A DNA stretch of 64,000 bases from Mobula hypostoma (taxonomy: Eukaryota). Position 1 is the stretch's first letter. Every line of letters starts with the position of its first letter. Shown in pieces: positions 35,851 to 47,958 of this stretch. Where the stretch lies: the NCBI RefSeq assembly GCF_963921235.1, contig NC_086097.1, forward strand, positions 231,944,001 through 232,008,000. Direction: 5' to 3'. The notes under the pieces are model-generated. The model was not told the DNA's origin. It worked only from the letters and a program-made list of their open reading frames with translations, and ran no database searches. The position numbers and the translations under genes are program-made.

Positions 35851-36159
35851 TACACAACAATTGCATTACGTTTTCCAAAGAGGATGGTACTCAAAACAAC
35901 AGCCATCGGGGATTAGAAGTCATAGTTAGTTTTCTTAGCAGGACTCATATGCACAACCATAAGGTCCTGGCAGACTCGACAGGCCAGATGGCCTAATTCT
36001 GCTCCTATGTCTTATGGTCTATGGTCTTAAGTAAAACACACCAAGTGACATCTGAAGCTGCTTTATTATTCATTAATGCACAATCTTCCCTTCCTCATGC
36101 TCACCATAGATCCTGATTCCATTAAGTCTAAAATTCCATCTATCTCAGATTTGGATATA

Positions 36160-36726
36160 CTCTCAGTGGCCTTATTAATAGGTACACCTGTACACTTGCT
36201 TGTTAATGCAAATATCTAATCAGCTAACCATGTGGCAGCAATTCAACACATAAAAGCATGCAGACATGGTCAGGAGGTTCAATTACTGTCCAGACCAAAC
36301 ATCAGAATGGGGAAGAAATGTGATCTAAGTGACTTTGACTGTGGAATGATTTTTGATGCCTAATAAGATGGTTTGAGTATCTCGAAATCTGCTGATCTGG
36401 GATTTTCATGCACAACAATCTTTTAGCGTTTACAGAGAACGGTGCGAAAAACAAAAATCATCAACTGAGTGGCAGCTCTGTGGTTGAAAATGCCTTGTTA
36501 TTGAGAGAGGTCAGAGGAGAATGGTCGGACTTGCTCTAGCTGAAAGGAGGGCGACAATAACTCAAATAATCACGTGTTGCTACATTGGTGTGCAGAAGAG
36601 CATCTATGAACACACAACGCGTAGAACCTGGAAGTGTATGGGCTACAGCAGCGGAAGACCATAAACACACACCCAGTGCCCACTTTATTAGGTACAGGAG
36701 GTGCCTAATATAGAGGCCACTGAGTG
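36160..36726 (+). mobile_element. Tc1-derived non-autonomous element (sister of 3360-3903)
   Basis: TA on both flanks; TIR ...GGCCACTGAGTG; MGKKCDLSDFD coding remnant; extra internal TIR copy at 36670. Confidence 0.88.
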
Positions 36727-36884
36727 TATTCAATGGAGTAGAGAATTCCAAAATGTTAACAACTGCCTGAAAGAAGAAATTCTTCTAATCTCCATCTTAA
36801 TTTAATCGTTATTATCCTGAAACTCCACATTCTAGATCTAGATTCCGACACCAGTGGAACCATCTACACAGCAATTGTAATAAA

Positions 36885-37585
36885 AATAGGAGGCATACAG
36901 GAGCAAGATAGATCAGCTGGTTGAGTGGTCTTGCACTCAACATCAGCATGAGCGGAGAAATGATTGTGGACTTCACGAAGGGGAAGTCGAAGGAACGCAC
37001 ACCAGTCCTTGTTGAGGGATCAGTGGTATGAAGGGTGAGCAGTTTCAGGTTCCTGCGTATCAACATCTCTGAAGCTTTATCCTGGGCCCAATATATTGAT
37101 GCAATTACAAAGAAGACACAACAGCAGCTGCAGTATATTTCCTCAGGAGTCTAAGGAGATTTGGTATGTCACCAAAGACTCTTGGAAATTTCTGCAGATG
37201 TCTCATGAAGAGCAGTCTAATTGCCTTGCGTGGAGCGGCCCAGTGTACAGGATTGGAAAAAGGTGCAGAAAGTTGCAAACACGGTCAGGTCAATCATGGG
37301 CACTAACCACCACACCATCTTTAAAATGTGATGCCTCTTAAAATACAACAAACTTCTACAGAAGTGTGGTGAAGAGCAAACTGATTGGCTACATCACAGC
37401 CTGGTGTGGAAACACCAATACCCTTGAACAGAATATCATACAAAAGGTAGTGGATACGGCCAAGTCCATCGCACATAAAGCTCTCCCCACCATTGAGCAC
37501 ATCTATACGGAGCATTGACGTAGGACAGCAGCATCCACCATCAGGGAGACCCACCACTTACATATATCATGATCTCTTCTCATTG
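36885..37585 (+). mobile_element. Two adjoining decayed Rex1/Babar RT C-terminal fragments
   Basis: EMIVDFTKGK and SFRFLRINISE remnants; the homologous segment restarts at ~37350. Confidence 0.7.
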
Positions 37586-38185
37586 ATAGAAAGATCATGT
37601 TCACATGAAAACCCAGCATGAATTTTGAGGCAAGTTTTTCACTTGGCATTTTTGTCCCATACTTTCACAAACAGGGTAAAAATACATTGGAAAACTTCCA
37701 AAACTTTCTCATGACAAGACAGTCAACCTCTTTTCAAAGCTTGGTGCCTGAACTCATTATCATTGTATCCTGAACTATCCCTACCATCACTATCTGCTCC
37801 TGCTTGCTCAAATCTTTTGTGTTTCCTTGGAAGAGATGTTCCAGTTGAGATGAAGGCCTTCTAGGAAGGTCCTAACAGGTACAAGGGTTACCCCTCTACT
37901 GATAAGTACCTTGATTTTTAATGTGAATTTTTTTTCAAAAGGTATTATTTATGTGGTTGTTACCAATATCTCCAGGCAGTTCCACCAAATCTGGAGACAA
38001 TAATGTCCCTTAGAGTTTATATATTAAAAAAAGAGTAGATATTGGAAATCTGAAATATAATTAGAAACTACTGGAAACACTCAACATGTCATTCAGCATC
38101 TGCAGAAAGACAAACTGTTAATGTTTCAGGTTTGACAGAATAAAGGGCATCAGATCTGAATTGTAAACTGTTCTTTCCACTATTA

Positions 38186-39812
38186 TTAGGCCATAAGACA
38201 AAGGAGCAGAAGTTGGCCATTTGGCCCATCGAGTCTGCTCCGCCATTTTATCATGAGCTGATCCATTCTCCCATTTAGTCCCACTCCCCTCCCTTCTCAC
38301 CATAACCTTTGATACCCTGGCTACTCAGATACCTATCAATCTCTGTCTTAAATACACCCAATGACTTGGCCTCCACTGTCGCCCGTGGCAACAAATTCCA
38401 TAGATTTACCACACTCTGGCTAAAAAAATTTCTTCTCATTTCTGTTCTGAATGGGCATCCTTCAATCCTTAAGTCATGCCCTCTCGTACTAGACTCCCCC
38501 ATCATTGGAAACAACTTTGACACATCCACTCTGTCCATGCCTTTCACATTCGAAATGTTTCTATGAGGTCCCCCCTCATTCTTCTAAACTCCAAGGAATA
38601 CAGCCCAAGAGCAGACAAACGTTCCTCATATGTTAACCCTCTTATTCCCGGAATCATTCTACTGAATCTTCTGTGTACCCTCTCCAACGTCAGCACATCC
38701 TTTCTTTTTTTAAAAAAATTTTTAATTCAATTTTCAAATTTAATTACGTCCTTTCTTAAATAAGGAGACCAAAACTGCCCACAGTACTCCAAGTGAGGTC
38801 TCACCAGGGCCTTATAGAGCCTCAACATCACATCCCTGCTCCTATACTCCACTTCTCTAGAAATGAATGCCAACATTACATTCGCCTTCTTCACCACCAA
38901 CTCAACCTGGAGGTTAACTTTAAGGGTATCCTGCATGAGGACTCCCAAGTCCCATTGCATCTCAGAACTTTGAATTCTCTCCGCATTTAAATAAGTCTGC
39001 CCATTTATTTCTTCTGCCAAAGTGCATAACCATACACTTTCCAACATTCATTTGCCACTTCTCTGCCCATTCTTCCAATCTATCCAAGTCGCTCTGCAGA
39101 CTCTGTTTCCTCAGCACTACCGGCCCCTCCACCTACCTTTGTATCATCAGCAAATGTAGCCACAAAGCCATCTATTCCATAATCCAAATCGTTGATGTAC
39201 AACGTAAAAAGAAGCTGCCCCAACCCCCAACACGGACTCCTGTGGAACACCACTGGTAACCAGCAGCCAACCAGAATAGGATCCCTTTATTCCCATTCTC
39301 TATTTCCTGCCAATCAGCCATCACTCTATCTACGTATGTAACTTTCCCATAATTCCATGGGCTCTTATCTTGTTAAGCAGCCTCGTGTGTGACACCTTGT
39401 CAAAGGCCTTCTGAAAATCCAAATATACAACATCCACTGCATCTCCCTTGTCTAGCCTACTGGTAATTTCCTCAAAAAATTGTAATAGGTTTGTCAGGCA
39501 GGATTTTCCTTTAAGGAAACCATGCTCAATTCTACCTATCTTGTCATATGCCTCCAGGTACTCCGTAACCTCATCCTTGACAATCGACTCGAACAACTTC
39601 CCAACCACCGCTGTCAAGCTAACAGGTCTATAATTTCCTTTTTGCTTCCTTGCCCCCTTCTTAAATAGCGGAGTGACATTTGCAATCTTCCAGTCCTCCG
39701 GAACCATGCCAGAATCTACTGACTTTTGAAAGATCATCGCTAATGCCTCCGCAATCTCCACAGCTACTTCCTTCAGAAGACGAGGGTGCATTCCATCTGG
39801 TCCGGGAGATTG
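38186..39812 (-). mobile_element. CR1 LINE RT plus 3' UTR
   Basis: ORF 39330-39791 contains VPEDWKIANVTPLFKKG..NYRPVSLT..YLDFQKAFDKV. Confidence 0.95.
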
Positions 39813-40667
39813 TCTGACTATTGAGTGTTTCCAACATTTTCTGTTTTTATACCCTGGAGTTTCTTTTTGCTGAGTTTAAATCCTGGAATTTCCCACCTGT
39901 TGAATTTTCCACTTCTGTATGTTTAATTAGTGACAGTTGATAAATACCAGCTTTACTATCAATGACCACATCCGAGAATGAAATGGTTTCAAGGCATTCA
40001 CAATTGCCTCAAGTCATTTTTGGCACTCTTTGCCAGGATGAATCATATTTTATTAACAAAGAACTTCAGGACCAGTAATGTTACCCAAACAAAATGATAG
40101 TCAGCCCATGAGATCAGCGTGAAGAAAATGTGTGATTAAATAGACCTGATAAAACTAATAAAAATCACAGAATAAATAACTTTAAAGGAGGCGGAGTGAT
40201 GTAATATTCATGTAGTAGGTAAAGTACACTTGAGACATGCAGAGAGCCCAGTAGGGCCTCCAAGTTTATTCTGTTGCTGATGTCACCTCTACTTTTGGCA
40301 GCAATCCCACACTTCACAAATAGGAAGTGTGTTTTCACACCACTTAGTTCATAGCTTTGGTTGTTTCTACTCACCGATGTAATATTAGCTGAATTATTGC
40401 CATCATTTGTTATAGTCGGTGTGGGAATAACACTAGCCTGATGCAGGTATGATCAACCGAAAGGAAAATTGGCCTATACAGGGATTGAGCTATCAACTGT
40501 CACCCATTCTGTATCATTATTTAAACTCCAATCAGTGTGAACTACCTACTAATCTGTCCTTGACAATGAGTATCAAAGTGGCGCTTTCACTAGGACAAGG
40601 TGAATTGTTCCATTTCACCAGGCTGCCTCTCTGTCAGACTGCCAGTGTAATGCTGAGGTGGATAAGA

Positions 40668-41922
40668 CCACAGGACCAAAAGACATAGAAGCAGAATTAG
40701 GCCATTTGGCAATAGACTCTGTCCTGCCATTTGATCATGGCTGATTTATTTTCCCTCTCAACACCACGTCATAAGGCGGTGGCTGGGAACGGACCCAAGT
40801 GCAAGACACAGACACTGAAGGACTAGGGACAGGACTAGGATACAGGGCGGTGGCAAGGATATGGACAGGAAAACCAGGAATCTGGAACAGGACTGAACAA
40901 GAGAGCTAGGAGCCCGGGCTTGGATTCCGAGCCAGAGACTGGACAAGGACCCAGTACCTGGGTCTTGCCTCTGGCTCGGACCCCAGAACTAGGCAAGGAC
41001 GAGGCTTGGCAGGCAGGCAGGACGAGGCTGGAGTCTTCAGGCTTGAGGCAAGAGGTGAGGCTTGGCAGGAGGCAGGAGTCTTCAGGCTTGAGGCTAGGCA
41101 GGCTCCTCCTGGGCAGGGCACGGTTCACTTGGGCAGGGCATGGATCACCACCCGATGGAGGCATGGGACAGGAAGGAACAGAACCAACCCCAGGTAACAG
41201 CAAGACGGCCTGACTTACCTGGGCGGAGGCAAGGGACAGGAAGGGACAGAACCAACCCCAGGTAACGGCAAGACGGCCCGGCTTACCTGGGCGGAGGCAA
41301 GGGACAGGAAGGGAACTAGGTACAGGGTGGCTCCAGGACAAGACTGCAGGCGAGACGAGACGAGAGTTACCAGCAAGACAAGGCAAGGCTTCAGGCAATG
41401 CAAGGCGAGACGAGAACTTCAGGTGAGGCGAGAGTTACTGGCAAGGCAAGGCAAGGCTTCTGGCAAAACAAGGCGAGACGAGAACTTCAGGCGAGGCGAG
41501 AGTTACCGGCAAGACAAGGCAGGGCTTCAGGCAAGGGAACAGAAGGCAGAGGCAGGGATACAAGGAGTAAGGACAAGAACAATCCAGCAGCCGCACCCTG
41601 GTCTCTGAAGGTATTTATGCAGCCAGCCCCAACGAGAATCAGCTGCCTCAATTAGAGCTCAACAAGAACAGAAACAGGGTAAACAGGAAAACCTGGAGCA
41701 AGGGTCGATGGACCGGACCGTGAACCGAAATACAGACTTCACGGACCAGACCATGACACACGATCCTCCTGCATCCTCCATGTAACCTTTGACACCTTTG
41801 CTCATCAAGAACCCATCGGCCTCTGCTTTAAGTATACACATCACTTGGCCTAACATCCATCTGTGGCAATGAATTCCACAGATTCACCAACCTCTGGCTA
41901 AAGAAATTCTTTCTTATCTCTG
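40668..41922 (-). mobile_element. CR1 3' UTR remnant split by a solo LTR
   Basis: UTR sequence is continuous across 40766/41759. Confidence 0.75.
40767..41758 (-). mobile_element. Solo LTR (Gypsy-like), ~992 bp
   Basis: Termini (C)GTCAT...ATGACA; 5-bp TSD CACCA/CACGA; minus-strand ATAAATA TATA-like box near 41612; TGCACTTGGGTCC near the U5 end; internal tandem repeats. Confidence 0.85.
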
Positions 41923-42025
41923 CGTAGTCCGCAGCCAATTTTCCTTTCCATTGATCATATCTGCATCTAGCTAATATTCTGAGCTGCGGCCTCCAATGAG
42001 GTTGAATCTTAAATGGCTGAGAGAA

Positions 42026-42801
42026 TTCGAAGTTCAAAGTAAATTTAGTGTCAAAGTATGTATATTTTATACAACCCTGAGATTCATCCCCTTACAGGCA
42101 GCCACAAAACAAAGAAACCCAATAGGACTCATTAAGACAAAAGAAGACTATCGAATACCCAACGTGCAGAGAAAACAAACAGATCATGCAAACAATAAAA
42201 GTAAGAAAATATCATTCAGAACTGAAGTTCATTAAAGTGAGTCCATAAAAGTCCATTCGTTGCAGGTCCAAGCCTCAGGACAGTGCAGAGATGAAGAAAC
42301 CTTGCAGAGATACAAGCTGAACCAGCCTGTCCCTTGCCTCTGGCCCTGACACTCTGACCTTTTCGATCTGGTCCGGCACTTAAATCAATCAAACTTTGGG
42401 TCTTTCCTCGTGCTTGGGCCTGGGAGCCGCCTTGACCCTGCCTCGTTTCTGCTTGCCTTACCTTGGTACTGCCACATTAAATTGCCTCCAAGTCTGCACC
42501 AGCAATGGCCAAACATTGGTTCACGCCCCGCTCTCGGGCTCGGGCACTGCCATCTTGATTCGGACCGTTAACACTTCGCCGCAACTATCCTGCATGTTTG
42601 AGACTTCAGTTCACACCTCAAAAATGCCAGGTCGTAGAGATGGTTCAAAAGCTCAGCTCCGAGAGAGAAGTTGCAAGCTATTGCTTGCCATAATTGTTTA
42701 CTGGAAAGAAAGTGTGTTTAGTAAACTATTTGGTTGTCTTTTTGGTTGTATTTACCACCAGCAAGCAGTTGCTGGACTAGAAATGTAGGCCTCTTCATCT
42801 T
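42026..42801 (-). mobile_element. Family B short retroposon (longest copy)
   Basis: (TTTGAAC) tail, 3' part shared with 6145-6400, 5' AAGATG end. Confidence 0.6.
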
Positions 42802-43060
42802 TAAAATAAACTGGTAAGTTGGTTTACGATTGTTACATGTACCCAGGTTTATCTTGCATGCCAACCATACAGATCATTTGATTACGACAGTGCATTGAGG
42901 CGGTACAAGGGAAAGCAATAAAAGAATACAGAATAAAGTGTCACAATTACCAACTTACCAATCTTCCATGGTACTGTTGTGTGCCTTGTTGAGGGTGAAA
43001 ATGTTCTGGAGAATGATGAGGTGAGGCATAGAAGACAGCTGCTGGGTCCACCTAGTTCTT

Positions 43061-45890
43061 ACATAAGAACATAAGAAATAGGAGCAGGAGGAGGCCATTC
43101 GGCCCATCGAGCCTGCCCCACCATTCAATAAGATCATGGCTGATCTCATCTCCACCTGCCTGCCTTTTCCCCATAACCCTTAATTTATCCTACTATGCAA
43201 AAATCTATCCAACCTTGTCTTAAATATATTTACTGTGGTAGCCTCCACTGCTTCATTGGGCAGAGAATTCCACAGGGTTCATCATCCTCTGGGAAAAGCA
43301 GTTCCTCCTCATCTCCATCCTAAACCTACTCCTCCAAATCTTGAGGATATATCCTCTAGTTCTAGTCTCACCTACCAGTGGAAACAACTTTCCTGCCTCT
43401 ACCTTATCTATCCCTTTTATAATTTTATATGTTTCTATAAGATTTCCTCTCATTCTTCTGAATTCCAGCAAGTATAGTCCCAGGCGACTCAATCTCTCCA
43501 CTTGGTCTAACCTCCTCATCTCTGGAATCAACATGGTGAATCTCCTCTACACCACCTCCGGTGCCAATATATCCTTCGCCAAGTAAGGAGATCAGAACTG
43601 CACGCAGTACTCCAGGTGCAGCCTCACTAGTACCCAGTACAGCCACAGCATGACCACTCCAGAGAGTATAGTCCCAGGCGACTCAATTTCTCCTCATAGG
43701 TTAACCCCTTCATCCCTGGAATCAACCTGGTGAACCTCCTCTGCACTGCTTCTAAAGCCAGTATATTCTTCCTCAAATATGGAGACCAGAACTGCACACA
43801 GTACTCCAAGTGTAGCCTCACCAGTACCCTGTATAGTTGCAGCATGACCTCCCTGCTCTTGAATTCAATCCCTCTAGCAATGAAGGCCAACATTCTGTTT
43901 GCCTTCTTAATAACCTGTTGTACCTGCAAGCCAACTTTTTGTGATTCATGCACAAGCACTCCCAAGTCCCTCTGCACAACAGCATGTTGCAATCTTTTAC
44001 CATTTAAATAATAATCTGCTCTTCTATTATTCCTTCCAAAGTGCATGATCTCGCATTTACCAACATTGTATTCCATCTGCCAGACCTTGACCCACTCACT
44101 TAACCTATCTCTATCCCTCTGCAGACTCTCCACATCCTCTGTACAATTTGCTTTTCCACTCAGTTTAGTGTCATCAGCAAATTTTGCTATGCTACACCCA
44201 GTCCCCTCTTCCAAATCATCAATGTAAATGGTAAACAGCTGCGGGCCCAGCACCGACCCCTGCGGCACCCCACTTACTACTGACTGCCAACTGGAGAAAT
44301 GCCCATTTATACCAACTCTCTGCCTTCTATCGGTTAACCAATCCATTATCTATGCCAATACACCTCCTCTGACTCCATGCATCTGTATCTTATTTATAAG
44401 TCTCTTGTGCTGCACCTTATCGAATGCCTTCTGGAAATCCAAGTATACAACATCCACCTGTTCCCCCCTATCCACTGCACTCATTATGTCCTCAAAGAAT
44501 TCCAGTAAGCTTGTCAAACAGAACCTGCCCTTTCTGGATCCATGCTGCGTAGGTCTAATGGAACCACTCCTTTCTAAATGCTTCGCTATTTCTACTTAAT
44601 GACAGCTTTAAGCATTTTCCCGACTACAGACGTTAAGCTGTCTGGCCGAAAGTTGCCCGTCTTTTGTCTACGTCCTTTTTTAAAAAGTGTCATGACATTT
44701 GCTGTCTCAACCCGCCGGGACCTGCCCAGAGTCTAGGGAGTTTTGATAAATGATTACCAACGCGTTTACTATAACCTCCACCAATTCCTCCAGCACCCTG
44801 GGATGCATCCCATCAGGACCAGGGGACTTATCTACCTTCTGGCCCTCTAGTTTGCTCATCACTATCTCTTTAGTGACAGTGATTTTATTGAGGTCCTCAT
44901 CTTCTATTTCGTTCATAAAATCCTTCTTTGGCATATTAGACGTGTCCTCCACTGTGAAGACAGACATTAAATAGTTGTTCAATGCCTCAGCCATTTCCTT
45001 ATCACCCAATATCAATTTCCCCTTATCATCTTACAAGGGACCTACATTGACTTTAGCCACCCTCTTCCATTTTATAAATTTATAAAAACTTTTGCTGCCT
45101 GTTTTTATATTTTGTGCTAATTTATTTTCACACTCTATCTTCCCTTTCCCTATTTCTTGTTTATTTGTTCTCTGTTGCCTTTTAAAGTTTTCCCAATCCT
45201 CCAGTCTCCCACTACTCTTTGTGACTTTGTACACATGAGCTTTTAATTTGATACTGTCTTTTATTTCCTTAGTTATCCAAGGCTGGCTCTCCCCATACTT
45301 ACTGTCCTTGCTTTTGACTGGAATATACATTTGTTGAGTACTGAAAAATCTTTTTGAAAGTATTCCACTGTTCCTCAACTGTTCTACCAAATAGCCCGTG
45401 CTCCTAATCCACATTAGCCAACTCCTCCCTCATCCTGTTGTAGTCTCCCTTGTTCAAGCACAATACACTAGTTTTAGATCTAACTATTTCATCCTCCATC
45501 TGAATGCAAAATTCAATTATACTATGATCACTCTTTCCAAGCAGATCCCTGACTACAAGATCATTAATCTTACCTGTCTCATTACACAGGACTAGATCTA
45601 AGATAGCATTTCACCTTGTAGATTGACTAACATGTTGCTCAAGAAAGCCATCACGGATGCATTCTATGAAGTCCTCCTCAAGAATTCCTTGACCAACCTG
45701 ATTGACCCAATCTATGTTGGAGTTAAAATCCCCCATGACAACTGCCGTTCCATTCTTACAAGCCTCAGTTATTTCTTGGTTAATTGACTCTGCCACTGCA
45801 ATATTTTTATTAGGCAGCCTATAGACAACCCCAACCAGTGATTTTCTTCCCTTTACTATTCTTAATCTCTACCCAGATGGACTCAGCATT
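43061..45890 (-). mobile_element. Two fused CR1 pieces (43061-43657 3' end; 43658-45890 endonuclease-RT)
   Basis: 239-aa ORF with [20 protein letters not shown] and AKFADDTKL; endonuclease VMGDFN; (TTCTTATG)n tail at 43061. Confidence 0.93.
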
Positions 45891-46117
45891 CCAAATGGCC
45901 TAATTCTACTCCTATGTCATATGGTCTCATCATCTTAATAGACCTGACCTGGTGCAGCATCTGAGTGGCAATTCCCTGAGGCAAGGCTGGGAATTCTCAA
46001 CAATTGGAGCCCGCGTGGCAGTGCAAACAGGTAGAGACCCGTATGTCCTTCAGAATCTAACAGTAGATCCTGGACTGTGAGTGTATGGAAGTTGTTAGTT
46101 AAAAGCTAATGCCAGCA

Positions 46118-46355
46118 CAGCACCGTAGCAGAGTGATTAGCATAATGCTATTACAGTGCCAGAGACTCAGGCTCAATTGTGCGGCTGGGCTGTAATGAGT
46201 TTGTATATGCTGCCCATGACCACATGTGTTTCCTCCGGGTCCTCCTGTTTCGATCCCCAATCCAAAAGCTTATGGGTTATTAGGTTAATTGGTCACATGG
46301 GTGCAACTGAGTGGCACAGGCTCGAAGGACCTGTTGCTCTTTGGTATCTCTAAAT
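46118..46355 (+). mobile_element. V-SINE-like tRNA SINE
   Basis: Degenerate A/B boxes; GTTTCCTCCGGGTCCTCCTGTTTC V-like domain; homologous to 27450-27742. Confidence 0.7.
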
Positions 46356-46767
46356 GAGAAAAAAGATCTGGTCCATTTACCGACGTGGTGCGCCTTCACG
46401 GGTTGGGTGACAGCTGCAATAAAATTTGAACAAAAGTCAGAAATCATGAAAATCTTTATTTATCAGATTTTAGCTGATTAACATTTTTTCTTATTGTTTT
46501 GGGAGACGGTGACTCAATGAAATCACCTGAGGACAATTGTGGATATGTCTATCACCTCTGAATGATGGTTCAATCACTACTTGCCGCAAACATATTGAAC
46601 GCAACACTCAGGGCAGCAAAGGCAAATTTCAGACCACGCTGTGCATTATGGGTTTTGGATCTGCGAAAATGTCAAGACGCTCTTCTTGTGCTACCACGGG
46701 GTTGTGTTTGAGCTGCAAAATAGTTCCCACCTGTCAGGCAGTTGGTGTCTTCTAAGTAGGAGACTGA

Positions 46768-47890
46768 TCAAGTCAAGTCAAGTCAAGTCACTTTTTATTG
46801 TCATTTCGACCATAACTGCTGGTACAGTACACAGTAAAAACGAGACAACGTTTTTCAGGACCATGGTGCTACATGAAACAAGACAAAAACTACACAGAAC
46901 TACGTAAAACAACACAAAAGCTACACTAGACTACAGACCTACCCAGGCCTGCATAAAGTGCACAAAACAGTGCAGGCATTACAATAAATAATAAACAAGA
47001 CAATAGGCACAGTAGAGGGCAGTAGGTTGGTGTCAATCCAGGCTCTGGGTATTGAGGAGTCTGATGGCTTGGGGGAAGAAACTGTTACATAGTCTGGTCG
47101 TGAGAGCCCGAATGCTTCGGTGCCTTTTGCCAGATGGCAGGAGGGAGAAGAGTTTGTATGAGGGGTGCGTGGGGTCGTTCATAATGCTGTTTGCTTTACG
47201 GATGCAGCGTGTGGTGTAAATGTCTGTAATGGCAGGAAAAGAGACCCCATTGATCTTCTCAGCTGATCTCACTATCCACTGCAGGGTCTTGCGATCCGAG
47301 ATGGTGCAATTTCCGAACCAGGCAGTGATGCAGCTGCTCAGGATGCTCTCAGTACAATCTCTGTAGAATGTGGTGAGGATGGGGGGGTGGGAGATGGACT
47401 TTTCTCAGCCTTTGCAGAAAGTAGAGATGCTGCTGGGCTTTCTTTGCTATGGAGCTGGCGTTAAGGGACCAGGTGAGATTCTCCACCAGTTGAACACCAA
47501 GAAATTTGGTGCTCTTAACAATCTCTACTGATGAGTCGTTGATGTTCAGAGGAGAGTGGTCACTCTGTGTCCTCCTGCAGTCAACAACCATCTCTTTTGT
47601 TTTGTTCACATTCAGAGACAGATTGTTGGCTCTGCACCAGTCCGTTAGCTGCTGCACCTCCTCTCTGCATGCTGACTCATCGTTCTTGCTGATGAGACCC
47701 ACCACGGTCGTGTCATAGGCGAACTTGAAGATGTGGTTTGAGCTGTGTGTTGCAGCACAGTCGTGGGTCAGCAGAGTGAACAGCAGTGGACTGAACACAC
47801 AGCCCTGGGAGGCCCCCGTGCTCAGTGTGATGGTGTTGGAGATGCTGCTTCCGATCTGGACTGACTGAGGTCTCCCAGTCAGGAAGTCTG
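46768..47890 (-). mobile_element. Rex1/Babar RT-3' fragment
   Basis: GASQGCVFSPLLFTLLTHD, FKFAYD and RLCNSFFPQAIRLLN; (GACTT)n tail. Confidence 0.92.
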
Positions 47891-47958
47891 ATGTGCTTCT
47901 GGCAGACGAGAGCCAAGAGCGAAAGACCAAGAAAAGCAATGGCTATCTCGTGTGTATA

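Noticed and set aside
41160..41535. CRISPR-like repeat array
   Set aside because: Head-to-tail tandem units with no unique spacers, inside an LTR in eukaryotic DNA.
42959..43051. Apparent minus-strand exon with a GTAAGT donor
   Set aside because: The frame PHLIILQNIFTLNKAHNSTME resembles a decayed LINE RT C-terminal motif, and the acceptor comes from a CR1 tail.
45941..46075. 135-nt open frame ending at a GTGAGT donor
   Set aside because: An open frame of this length is common by chance, the acceptor adjoins a CR1 tail, and there is no known homology.
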